A stretch of 64,000 nt of DNA from Tricharina praecox (GCF_024521635.1 NW_026250411.1:806001-870000); one strand, 5' to 3'; shown: positions 12,072 through 23,549, counted from the first letter of the stretch. Translations and numbers: made by a program. The notes: generated by a model not told the origin, from the letters alone.

Positions 12072-13449
12072 TGGCATGGATGGATGAATGCGCACACATC
12101 ATCACAAGGTACACCACGGTGTCGTCCTGCTGTCAGCCAGCCAGTTGCGGTTATCGATTAAAGTCCAAGGCCAATCGACCAAGCAATTCCGCTGCATCCA
12201 ACGTGAAGAGACAGTTTGGTTTCCCCGCATCCCACCAGCTCAGACTCCACTCCAATCTGCTCCCCGGCCGATCACCTCCGAAAGGGATCATATCTCCGAG
12301 GTTAAGAAGACAACTCCTCTCCTTCTGCCCGCGGTTCGACACCTATCCACCTATCCGACGATGGAGCAACGGAGCCGGATAGTCCAAAAACGACGGCAAA
12401 TGGGTAGGTACATCAAGGCTGACAGGTTCTTGAAGCCTTGTGCAATACAGCACATCCCACGAATTACTGGGCACCCGCATGCGATCCACCTCGAATTTTG
12501 TGCAGCCGCGCGGCGCGGGACGTGGGGCGCGTTCAACCCCGCTGTCTACATGCATGTCCGTTCACCTCACCTATCTCTCAACCCCGCTTTCATACGGGCA
12601 GGCAGCAGGCGAGACAAAAGAGAAAAAAAGGCGAGCTCCATATGCACCTCCAAAGCTTGTCTTGTCAGTCGATACTTACTTTGCCCTGGCCGTCCGTGTT
12701 CGCTTGCCCCGCCCGCCACCGTGCGGGCAGCAGAACTGCCACTTCGTCATATTAATATCCGGTCGATCAGTGTTACTAATGGACAAAACCCGGAGACGAA
12801 ATGTAGAACGTTTATGCACACAGGACAAGACATGTCAACAGTGGTGCCACGTCACTCCGGTTCACGACATAATTTATGTAATGAGGGAGAAACTTCTTCA
12901 TCTTTATCTCGTTCTCGCATATGACCGAAAACATAAACATAAAATAAATTTCACGACCTCGCTAACTACGAACGTTTTTCGGGTCAGGATCTAGAGTAGG
13001 GTCACGCTGAACACACGCTCTACATATCTCCCCGCGCTGGGATGTCAATCAATGACGCCAAAGGAAAAGTCGCATGAGTTTTAGAGTACATCATACCTGC
13101 TTATTCCCGGCAGGCCGATAATCAATCTCAAGCAGACTGCCAGATCGAGAACCGAGAACCGACGGTAGTGCCGACGGACTAGGATCTGGGCGGACGTGAC
13201 GGTGGGTTGATGAAATATAGGTTGATCGTAGGAAGAACAGAGTGACGGCGTGTGAAGTAGGTCTGCGGGCCCACCGTAGTGTAAATACAGGAGATACATG
13301 GACAGAGTTCTATACCAGTTATTGGTAGAGTGAACCTGCCACGCTGTCTCCCGATGGTGTGTTGTGCTCCGGATGTCGCAAGCCGTGCCACTGTTCTATG
13401 CATCGTCAACCACCACAGGTGCAAAATCGTGAGAGCGACAGCGGTGGAT

Positions 13450-14500
13450 CGGACCAATGGGCAATCAGAGGAATTGCGCTTTCTGACCCCGCACAGAGCA
13501 GAGAGTATGACAGGTGAGAAAATGCCCCTCTTCAGCAGACATCATGATCACTTATCAGCGATATGCAGATGGCTTTCTAAAGAATCATGACAATCGGTCT
13601 CCAAAGTCTAGAGCCCAATATCGCGCCATCTGCGGGATCGATAGCAGAGTACATCCTCCGGGGTTTCTTGTCAACGAACATATAGAGTAGTCGTGCGCTC
13701 GATGTAGGCATACCCCTTCATACGCGGATGCGGGAGGAGTTGAAACTTGACACCCCGCACTGCATCGCGTGGACTCCCCCGGATGGGATTATCCGGACTG
13801 TAGGAGGCACATACTTATGAACACTCACGGGGAGGTGTGCCTAAGGGGAAGAAGTGGCATGTCTTCCATCTCGCGATCAAGACCCGTGTTACCAGTCTAT
13901 TCTCTTGGCTATTGCTTCGAGTATCCAGTGAATAAAAGAGCGAGGGTGCCCAGTTCGGAGTTTCTCCTCCCAAGTTTCGTATCCGAGTGATTCATAGTGA
14001 CTTGTAGTTCACCCGGCTCAAATAACACAGATTCTGATGAAACGTGAGTTCGGTAGCCGGCTCCACCCAATCCGACTGTATGACCTCGCGTATGGTTGCG
14101 CATAACCTCCGTCGAAATTCCTATTTCCGATCAGTTTGTGTGTAAGCAACACCGCCCAGCATTCGTCACGATAGATAGGGCTGACACCGGCACTAGGCCT
14201 AGGTACCTAAGTGTCCTTACTTACATAATCACCCCGTCGCTTCAATCGTTCCAGCAGAAGAAACTCACTTTCGCGGGTTGCGCGTCGATGAGGCGGAGCG
14301 TGCTTGGCTCTATGGCTTGTGACGGGTGAGGCGAAAGAAAAGAAGAGTGAGATGTGGATCAACAGGACCAGCTTGGCGCCTGGCGCCAACGGAAGCCGGG
14401 ATTCCCGGCCTGCGGCGAAATCTTTAGCCCGAGGGATGATGCCGCGCAGCCGTGGACGGAGAAACTGCCCTATCCGCACGGTTAGAGGGAGTGCCTCGGA
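13450..14500 (+). mobile_element. Degenerate non-LTR (LINE, Tad1-like) reverse transcriptase relic
   Basis: Broken motifs in correct RT order across frames: ALDVGIP..RMREELKL..CIAWT (~13695-13775; cf. LDVxGAF..RMxELG..WT), GGVPKG (~13830; cf. GVPQG), PSFVSE (~13970; cf. SFVDD), VWLRITSVEI (~14090), RYLSVL (~14200; cf. RYLGV). Many stops and frameshifts. Confidence 0.4.
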
Positions 14501-14960
14501 GAGGAGAGTCGAGGCTCGTGGTTTACGTTTGCGCTCAGCCGCCTCGTTAAATTCGCTCACTGAGGATTAATCGAACTTGGCGTCTCAAGAGGTTCCTGTA
14601 AATGCGGCTCGGCGGCCCTTGACAAACGTGTGAACATTTGCCATGATGGTTGTGGCGGAGTGCAAATGGCTTGGGCAAGTGCGTCATCGGATGTAGGAAA
14701 GCGAGAAAACGGGTCCATACCAAGCCGACCTCTCTATACTCGTCGTCTCGGCGGGAGCTTAGTCGTTAGCCATTCCAAAGCCCCTCTCTCCACCGAACTC
14801 TCTTCCTAGATCAGCTACAAGTCCCATTCACGCTCATCTCCATCGCTTCTATCCCTTCAACCACCACCCTACCTACATCCCACTTTCGCTACTACTGCAC
14901 ATCATCATAGCTTTGTTCTCGGCCGTCCGAACTCCCACAAACACAGCAAACCCGCCTAGC

Positions 14961-16613
14961 ATGAGTTGGAAAGGCTTCTCGCGGGGTGTCGTGAGGGTGA
15001 GATCCGGATCGGAGGCTTTCCGTGGCCGCAGGACCAACTGACCACTTTTCTCTGCAGGCACCCCAGTCGATAAAACAGAAGTTCAACTTGGTATGCGTCG
15101 ATGCCGGCCCAGAACTCCCGTCGTCACTCCGATTAACGACTTTGTAGGGCGACAACACGAAGGACCCAGTGTACCTGGACGCTGAGCGACGATTCCAAGA
15201 ACTAGAAACAGTGAGTGGGATCCAGGCCATCCGCCGATCGGCCCGGGAGGCTCTAACATCCGGCGCTTCAGGAAACAAAAAAATTACATGACGAGTCGAA
15301 GAGGTAGAGTTTGAACACGGTTCGATTTCGTGGGGTAGCCGTTGGCTGACTTGGCTTTGTCGCAGGTACTTCGATGCCATCAATGGTACGCATTCCTACA
15401 CACGAGCCGCCGCGCCGCGGCACGCACGCCCAATCGTCGTCCCTCGTCGCTAACGAACAGTACCTATGCAGGCATGCTGGACCATCAGATCGAGTTTTCC
15501 AATGCAATAGCCGACATCTACAAGCCCATCTCGGGGCGGATGTCGGATCCCACGTCTTTCAAAGACGAGGGCAATCCGGAGGGAATACGGGCGTGCGATG
15601 AGTACAAGGAGATTGTTACCGATCTCAAGGCGACGCTCGCTCCGGAGTTGGAGATGATCGAGACTCGGGTTATTCGGCCGGCGGACGAATTGACGGAGGT
15701 CATCAAGGCGATCCGGAAGACGGCGTTAAAGCGCCAGCACAAACAGCTCGACTACGATCGACACCGGGCGACGCAGAAAAAGCTGCAGGAGAAGAAGGAG
15801 AAGACCGTAAAGGATGAGAAGGCCATGTACAAGGCCGAGGCGGATGTCGAGCTGGCAACTCAGGAATTCAACTATTACAACGAACTGCTCAAGACGGAAC
15901 TGCCGAAATTGTTCACGCTGGAGCGAGAGTTCATCAAACCGCTGTTCCTAAGCTTCTATTACATGCAGCTCAACATCTTTTACACTCTCCACGAGAAGAT
16001 GCAGGCGATCAACATCGGATACTTCGACCTTGTGAGCGACATTGAAGGCCTTTTCGAGAAGAAGCGCGGGGACGTTCAGGAACGGGCCGAAGCCCTGATG
16101 ATCACAAAGTTCAGAACGCAGGGCCATAAGATGAAGCTGAGCGCTAAATTCAACAAATTCGGGAAAGAGGAGGAAGCTACCGCAGGCCGCCGCCCGGCAT
16201 CGATGGATTCTGTCCGCCCCGTTCTGAGAGAGACCGATACCCCTCCACCGCCATACAGCGCAGCAACAAAACCCACGGGTCTCCTGGCAGGCACCAAAAC
16301 TGCGTTATCCGTTCCTGGTAGCGCCGGTGTTGCAAGGAGTAATTCCACCGGGAGCAATTGGGGCGCCGCGGCAGCAGCCAAAAAGAAGCCGGCGCCGCCA
16401 CCGCCGAAGCCGAAGCCTAAGAACCTCAGCGTCGAGTCCGAAAAAGCGACAGCTTTGTACGATTTCGAGGCGCAAGCCGACGGAGATCTAAGTTTCTCTG
16501 CCGGCGACATCATTGATATCGTAAAACGGACCAGTAACGTCAACGAGTGGTGGACCGGGAAGCTGCACGGAAAGCAAGGGCAGTTCCCTGGTAACTACGT
16601 GAAGATGAATTGA
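14961..16613 (+). CDS. RVS167: Amphiphysin-family N-BAR + SH3 protein Rvs167/Hob1; exons 14961-14996, 15058-15090, 15148-15210, 15272-15303, 15366-15385, 15472-16613
   Basis: Spliced N-terminus [70 protein letters not shown], then a BAR domain and a C-terminal SH3 ([28 protein letters not shown]). All five introns are GT..AG and keep the frame. Confidence 0.95.
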
Positions 16614-17296
16614 TTCCATCATTCCCTTTCTTCCTTTTCTTCTTCTCCCATTCCTCCTTTGGTGGTTTAGAGCCGGGGAGGGTAGGTCTGTGTTTCTTGC
16701 AAGCCTTCCGCTTTCACATTACTCTCTGGGTCGGGTGTCTACGCGTTGTTTGTTTTCTGCAATTGAATGTTGCGTTTTTGGATTGTTTTGGGCTTTTCTC
16801 GAGCTCTCCTTTTCTCTGGGTGTGACTGGTTCGTTTGCTTCTTCTTTCCGTCCTTCATTTGATCGTGTATTTGAAGAATGTAGGTAGAGTATGTTCGCCT
16901 TGCTCCGCTGTATGTATTCTAGGTTGTTGTTTAGGGTAGGTGGATTCCAAAGGTTATACTTTTTTTTACAGTTCTCAACTTGTCTCCGTTCATTGGCTTC
17001 GCTGCGAGTGTACATATGGTTGATCGATCCTCCCTGAAGATGTCTTACGTGAGAGAGAACATCAATGTATTGTCGCATACGGCCTGTCTAGACTACGGCG
17101 ACCAGATGTCTCATGTTCCGTGTATCCGCAGACCATCGAAGGCCAATCTTGCGTGATAGCCTGTGATCAGAATGCGGGGATCGGAGGGGCTCTAGCTCTT
17201 GGCAGCTTAGCTATGGACATCCTTGAAGTGCATAGAGCTCCACACACCACACCACCAATCAACGAAACATCACGTCTCTTCACACCCGCGGCCTTG

Positions 17297-19111
17297 ATGA
17301 CCACCCCTCGACCAGCCGGCGGCCCGCCACCGCAAGTGCTACAATGGTTGCACCGTGTTATCGCTCCCGTTAGCCAACCAGTTCACCACTACCCACAAGC
17401 CCAGCTGACATGGCCCCTACCTGCAGGAGTATCAAGATCCGCAGCGAACCTACAGCGACGTCGCAAACACGCTCGCGAACCTCCCCACGCTCGCGCCACG
17501 GACGAGTGTTTACAGTACGTCGCGTCTTCGTCGGGATTATCGCAGGGCAACTTCTGATACGTCGCAGCACATGAAAACGGAAAGCCGGAGCTGCTCGTCC
17601 ATCTCTTCGGCACACTACCGGTGCTCTTCCGTGGCGCGACATATAACATCCCGATTTCGATATGGGTCCCGCACTCGTACCCGAAGCAGCCACCGATACC
17701 TTTTGTCACGCCCGCGAAGGACATGCTCATCCGCCCCGGCAATCACGTTGATCTGGCGGGGAAATGCTATCACCCGTATCTGGCAAATTGGGTTCACTAC
17801 TCGGATGTGAGCTGAATGAGGTCGGGAGGGCGGGAGGGCAGGGAATGGGCACTGACTGCGGTTAGAGATCGAACATTGTCGACCTGTGTGATGTCCTACG
17901 GGGTGTGTTTGGGCGGGAGCCACCGGTTATGGCTAAGCAGCCGGAGCAACAACCTGCTGCTCCGAAGGAACCTCCGCCGTTACCACCATTGCCGTCTGAA
18001 CTGGCCACGAAGAGCTCCCCGCCCCAAACCCGACAGTCCCTGCCGGTTCCGCCCCCTGTGCCGCCGCTACCGAAGGAATTGGCTGCACATGAGGATGCAC
18101 GAAGATACTCTGTTCAATCTATGCCGCCGCCGGTTCCCCACCAACAGCCTCCGCCTCCGCCGCCGCCCCCGAAGCCCCCCGTCGCCGGTAGAGCTGGCAC
18201 ACCTTCCCAGCAGTATGCTACACCACCGATGGAATACAGAGGTGTACCACCCCCGGGATCCCCACAAGTGCAAGGCCGGCCTATGCACCACCCCCAACAG
18301 CCTCTTCCCCCTCCGCCGCCGCAGCCGCAGCATGGCTCTCCACCTCCGCCGCCAAAACCGCAAATGTTTTCCTCAGCACGGCCCCCCTCATACCAAGGAT
18401 ACCCACCCCAGTATCCACAACCACAACCACCTACCCCGAAACCCGCTCCGCCAAACGATCTCCTCGACTCACCCTCCCCGGCATTAACACCCCTTCCCTT
18501 ACACCCACCGCCACCACCTCCCAACCCCGAAAAATCGCACCTGCTAGCGCGCATCGGCGCCGCCCTCCACACCCTTGCCGAAACCTCGCACTCCCAAACC
18601 TCCTCGGCACTCTCCGGCGCCTCAGCGCAGCGCACGGCGCTACAGGCGGCACTCCTCCAGCTCGAGCGCGAAGCCCATGAGCTCCGCCACATCAACGGCG
18701 TCTGCAACAGCGACGCGGAAATCCTGCGTGAGAGAATAGCCATGGCCGAAGCGGTGATCCAGGATTGTCGGACGCGCGAGCTGCCAGACGTGGATGCAAT
18801 GGTTGTGGCCGGAAGCGTGGTCGAGACCCAACTGTACGAGCTCGTCGCGGAGGAAATGGCAATCGAAGATACTATCTATGTACTCAGCAAGGCGCTGGAC
18901 CGGGAGAGGATCACGCTCGAGGTGTTTTTGAAGGTAAGTTTCCGCCCCCCCACCATATGTGGGTGTAGCGAGGAGTGAAGCTGATAGGCCCGGATAGCAT
19001 GCTCGCACGTTGGCTAGAGAACAGTTCATGAAGAAGGCGTTGATTCAGAAGATTTCGGAGGAGTTGGGGATTGATTCGCTGTTTGACCATACTCGTGTGC
19101 AGCCTATGTAA
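17297..19111 (+). CDS. VPS23: ESCRT-I subunit Vps23/Stp22/TSG101; exons 17297-17368, 17427-17514, 17568-17806, 17866-18933, 18998-19111
   Basis: UEV domain (GTLPVLFRGATYNIPISIWVPHSYPKQPPIPFVTP..GKCYHPYL), Pro-rich linker, coiled coil and SB domain (QLYELVAEEMAIEDTIYVLSKAL..FLKHARTLAREQF). Four canonical introns. Confidence 0.95.
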
Positions 19112-19274
19112 GACTATTACGGCGTGCTTTTTTCTCCGGTTTTGGTTTTCCGTCGACAGTCAGCCCAATTCGTTGGCTCGGGATGATAACCGTGTCTCCT
19201 ACTCCTACTCTTGGTAAAGTTGGAGATTGGGTGAAGGCGGAGGTAGACAGGGCGGGAAATGTCAGTGATGCGCT

Positions 19275-19329
19275 GTGAACAGGCGTCGTTTTGTGTGCCG
19301 TGAACAGGCGTCGTTTTGTGTGCCGTGAA
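19275..19329. repeat. Perfect 25-bp tandem duplication
   Basis: GTGAACAGGCGTCGTTTTGTGTGCC twice, plus GTGAA. Confidence 0.95.
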
Positions 19330-20477
19330 TTCCGCGGCGTTTAGGAGTATCTATGTTGTTGGTTGTAACAATTGCGCCATGTGTGATATCAATCAGCCAC
19401 CAAAGCATTTGTCTTATTCTCTAGGATACAGCTAGAATAAAATGAAGGCGTTGGTATGTATCGAAAATTGATGTCTGCCACTAGGCTACACGTAGGAGAA
19501 AGAGGTCCCACATAACATCTTTGTGTAGGTACACCGGAGAATGTTCTCAACGGCCCAAACAGGTCCTAAATACCCAGCACACGCCCCGACCACGTCTTGC
19601 TGCAATGTAGGCACACGTATCTATTGCAAAGTAGTTACCGGCCGGTAACGAACACGCAGTAAGGACCACTAGGTACCTACGGCACTCAATCGCACGAATT
19701 TACAAGTATTGCGCGGTAGGTAGTTATCTTCCTGCACTGAGGGGTACCGATCCAGCCAGACGTAACGGTCACGACCGGCGGGCTATATACACTTTGATGG
19801 TACGGCAGCGTAGGTGCTAGTAGCTCAGTACCGCTCGGTGCAGTGCGATGTCCGCGTCGCCGTCTCACCGCATACCGTTCGGTACCGCTGATGCCGCGGA
19901 ACAGCATAGGTAGTGCTCCCGAATAACATTCGGTGTGGTGCTACTGCACCGGTTGTCTCCGCATGACCTCACACCGCACACCGCACGCTGTACGGGCCCG
20001 TATGTACAGACCGCGTCCACAGGCGGGATTTCCGCCAGCGGCATTCACCCTGGTGGTATTCCGGGATTGTAGAGTAACGACATAGTCATTACTTGTAATC
20101 CGACAGCCCGCCAGACTACATAGGTAGGTACGCAAACTACCACGTAGCTCAAGAAGCTTCAGACGTCGCCCGTTTCTACATACATGCACCAAGAGTGACC
20201 ATTTCCGCCAACAGATGTCCTTCGGGAGTATAATTTCTATGCATATGTACGCCGGAAAGCCTGCTTGGGCCTAGAGTCGCGAAACCATCCACAACCGGCC
20301 GACCTACGGCGCCGCGAACAAAACGAGTGATATGCAGTGGATGATTGTAATCAGCTTCCTTCTTCCATTTCCTTTCCTTCCTTTCATACTTCACCGTCCA
20401 TTCACTGAACACTTCACCGAGCACCTAGAAGACAACGTTTTTGCAAGCGATTAACACGAACAACGACAACGACAACC

Positions 20478-21191
20478 ATGTCGTCCTCACCCCCCACCAA
20501 AACCGCGCCCCCCTCGCCGCCCACGCTCGCGCCGCCCAAGTTCGCGCCTCACTCGAGCATCAGCGAGAAGCCAGCGAAACCGAAGCAGAGCACGCCCTTA
20601 CCCCCATCAAGACCGCACCACCATCGCCGCCATCGCCACCCAACAAGACGGCGCCGCCCTCGCCGCCCCAGCTCGCGCCGCCCTCGGGCATCAACAAGAA
20701 GCCCAAGAAGCCCAAGAAGCCCAAGAAGCCCAAGAAGCCCAAGAAGCCCAAGAAGCCCAAGAAGCCCAAGAAGCCCAAGAAGCCCAAGAAGCCGAAGAAG
20801 ATCCCGCGCGACCCGCTCCTCAAGCGCCCGCAGTCGCCGGCGGCCGAGTGGATCCGCAGTCGCTCCCCGACGACGACGAGATCGACAAGCGCATCGGCGT
20901 GGGCGAGAACGAGAAGCTACGCGCCGAGCTTGAGGCGCGCAAGAAGCAGGTGCGCTGGGCCGTCCAGCGGTGCTATGACCTCGAGCATAAGTACCACGTC
21001 CCCAAGGAGGACAGGATCTACCGCATGAGGAAGGACGGGAGGTATAGACCCACCAAGGCTGAGAGGATTATCATGTTCAAGACGGGGGGTGGAGGGGGGA
21101 GGAGGTGGAGGAGGAGTTGGAGGAGAAGCAGGAGGAGAAGGGGGAGAAGGAGGGGTGGGTGTACAAAATGCCCGGAATGTGGGTTGATTAG
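20478..21191 (+). pseudogene. Orphan array paralog 1 (frameshifted)
   Basis: Homology to paralogs 2-4 is split over frames: MSSSPPTKTAPPSPP / PIKTAPPSPP..PSGINKK(PKK)n..RPQSPAAE / SLPDDDEIDKRIGVGENEKLRAELEARKKQVRWAVQRC..DRIYR / EEKGEKEGWVYKMPGMWVD*. This implies three frame changes. Confidence 0.75.
20696..20800 (+). repeat. 9-bp tandem repeat (AAGAAGCCC)x~11.7 encoding (KKP)n
   Basis: Read directly; one CCG variant at the end. Confidence 0.97.
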
Positions 21192-21653
21192 AGAGAGAGT
21201 GAGAGAGATGAAGAGAGGGAGATAGAGAGAGAACATCAATTCATTGTCGCATGCGGCCTTACTAGACTATGATGACTCCAATCTTCCCGACCTTTCCTAC
21301 CAGCTCTGTAGGGTAGAGAGAAAGCCCGATCGCCTCCTGGGTACTCTAATTCCCTTTGCTGAAGTGCGCCGAGAGCCAAAACGAGTGATGTGCTATGGAC
21401 GGCAGTAATCTGACGATTCTTGACGCTAGCGCGAGAGGAGGTATTCCACTGTCACAAGACTGAATGGCCTTAGCAGCCGCCATTCACTCTGACCCCAAAG
21501 CTCATTTCTCTCCGCCCCACCGACCCACCAAACCACTGCGTCCGTCTTTTCCTTCCCTTTCCTTTCCTTTCCTTCCCACCATCCTACCACCGAACACTTC
21601 ACGGACAACTCTCAACACAAGCGTCGAACAACAACAATAACGACAACAACAAC

Positions 21654-22214
21654 ATGACACCCATACCACTCACCAAGATCGCGCCCCCATCGCCGCCCAA
21701 GCTGCCACGGCCCTCGGGCATCCTCAAGACGACGAAGCCGAAGGCGAAGACTGCCGCCGCCGCCATCACCATCAAGGCCGCCACCATCAAGACCATCAAG
21801 ACCACCACCTCCACCGCCACCACTGCCGCTACCGACGTGATGCTCGACACGCTCATAGAGCGCCTTGAGTCATTCGGGGCCGAGCCGATACCAGCGCAGC
21901 GCATGCTCGAGTCCCTCGTGGACGAGAGTGCGATCGACGACCGCATCGAGATGGCTGAGAACGAGATGCTGCGCTACGAGCTAAAGGAGCGGCAGAAGCA
22001 GCTGCGCTGGGCCATCCAGCGCAGCATGTATCTGGAGCGGAAATACGAGGTCGGCAACAAGGACAGATCCTACCGTTATCGTTCGGTGAAGAAGGGAAGA
22101 GCGGCTAAGATCATTGCGGCCAAGATGGGGGCGGGAGGAGATGAGGAGAAGGAGGAGAAGGAGGAGGAGGAGTGGGAGCCGGAGTACAAGATGCCCGGTT
22201 CGTGGGTAGATTAG
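21654..22214 (+). CDS. Orphan array paralog 2, intact 186-aa protein of unknown function
   Basis: Uninterrupted ORF with GC3-rich codons: TKIAPPSPPKLPRPSGILK, Thr/Ala/Lys linker, helical core, acidic tail, KMPGSWVD*. Confidence 0.8.
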   Translation: MTPIPLTKIAPPSPPKLPRPSGILKTTKPKAKTAAAAITIKAATIKTIKTTTSTATTAATDVMLDTLIERLESFGAEPIPAQRMLESLVDESAIDDRIEMAENEMLRYELKERQKQLRWAIQRSMYLERKYEVGNKDRSYRYRSVKKGRAAKIIAAKMGAGGDEEKEEKEEEEWEPEYKMPGSWVD

Positions 22215-22981
22215 ACGGATAGGAAATGGGAAATTGAATTGAGCGAATCATGACTTGTGACCCACCGTGGTAGTTGTAGAGTAACGACACCAGCCTATGT
22301 ATAAGTGTAGAAAATTGAGCTATTGTATTAAAAGTAAAAACCTATACTCAGGGCCTCGGGCGATCGTCTCGTGGCATCACCACCACCTACATATGGTCAG
22401 TGGAACTTACCGTACTCGGTGGATTTACTGGCTCTCCCGTAGAGTAGATCTTGGTCTCACAGAAGGTGGGTATCAAGGTCCGTTGGGGCGGACATTGTTT
22501 GACTCTGGGTCTCGGGAAAGCTCTACCACCAGGGCCTGTTGCTGCGCCGCTGCCTACTAACTAATTTTACAAAGAAAAAACATAATCACACTCATTGCGC
22601 ACACCCTGGGCAAACCCAGCACCGTGCCGGGCACTCTTGTTCGGCTCCAGATGCGGTTGACCTACTCCAATACCCTTTGCCGAAGTGCGCCGAGAGCCAC
22701 AACGAGTGATGTGCTATGGATAGCCGAAATCCGACGATGTTTCACACTAGTGCGGGAGGAGATTCCACTCTCGCAAGTCTGAATGACTTCAAATGGTCCA
22801 GCAGCTACCAGACGCCATTCAGTCTGACCTCAGAGCTCATTTTTCTCCGCCCCACGAACCCACCAACCCACGGCTTCCGTCTTTCCTTTCCTTTCCTTTC
22901 CTTCCTTTCCTACCTTCCATCCACCGAACACTTCACGGACAACTCCACACAAGCGATCAATAACAACGACAACAATAAACC

Positions 22982-23549
22982 ATGTCGTCGAGACACCCCA
23001 CCAAGACCACGCCCCCCTCACCGCCAAAGCTCGCGCAGCCTGCGGGCATCCTCAAGAAGACGAAGACGTCGAAGAAGACTCCCGGCGACACCAAGGCCGC
23101 CACTACCACCACCGCCGCCCCCTCCCGCCGCGCCCCACGAGCACCCGCAGTCCCCAGCGGCCGAGTCCATACGCGCGCGGCGTATGCTCGAGTCGCTAGA
23201 GGACGACCACTCGATCGACCAGCGTACCAGCGTCAGTGAGAACGTGCTGCTGTTGGTAGAGCTCAAAGAGCGCCACCAGCAGGTACGCTGGGCGCTCCAG
23301 TGGTGTCTAGACCTGGAGAAGAAGTATGATGTCCCCGACGAGGACAGGATCTACCGCCCGCGTCCGCTCAAGAGGGGGAAGGGGTATACCCCCACCAAGG
23401 CCACCAGAATCGTTGTTGTGAAAATGAGGGAAAGGAAGAGAGAGGAGGGGGAGAAGGAGAAGGAGGGGGAGGGGGAGGAGAAGGAGAAGGAGGTCAAAGT
23501 GAAGAAGGTGAAGTGGGCTTTGGTCTCGCAGACTCCCAGCGAGATCTGA
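22982..23549 (+). pseudogene. Orphan array paralog 3 (one +1 frameshift near 23115-23135; could be a sequencing error)
   Basis: N-terminus MSSRHPTKTTPPSPPKLAQPAGILKK is in one frame and the core HPQSPAAESIRARRMLESLEDDHSIDQR..QVRWALQWC..DRIYRPRPLKRG in another. Removing one C from the C-rich junction restores the frame. Confidence 0.7.

Noticed and set aside
11173..12924. 304-aa and 278-aa plus-strand ORFs
   Set aside because: No coding-like composition or motifs; their length is partly due to the 78-bp and 42-bp in-frame duplications.
8164..19111. acrB-RVS167-VPS23 as a functional trafficking/ubiquitin gene cluster
   Set aside because: Adjacent housekeeping genes are not evidence of clustering without synteny or co-regulation data.
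20560..20933. (FLG)n and (RSP)n ORFs
   Set aside because: Alternative frames of the 9-bp repeat; homology to the paralogs supports the KKP frame.
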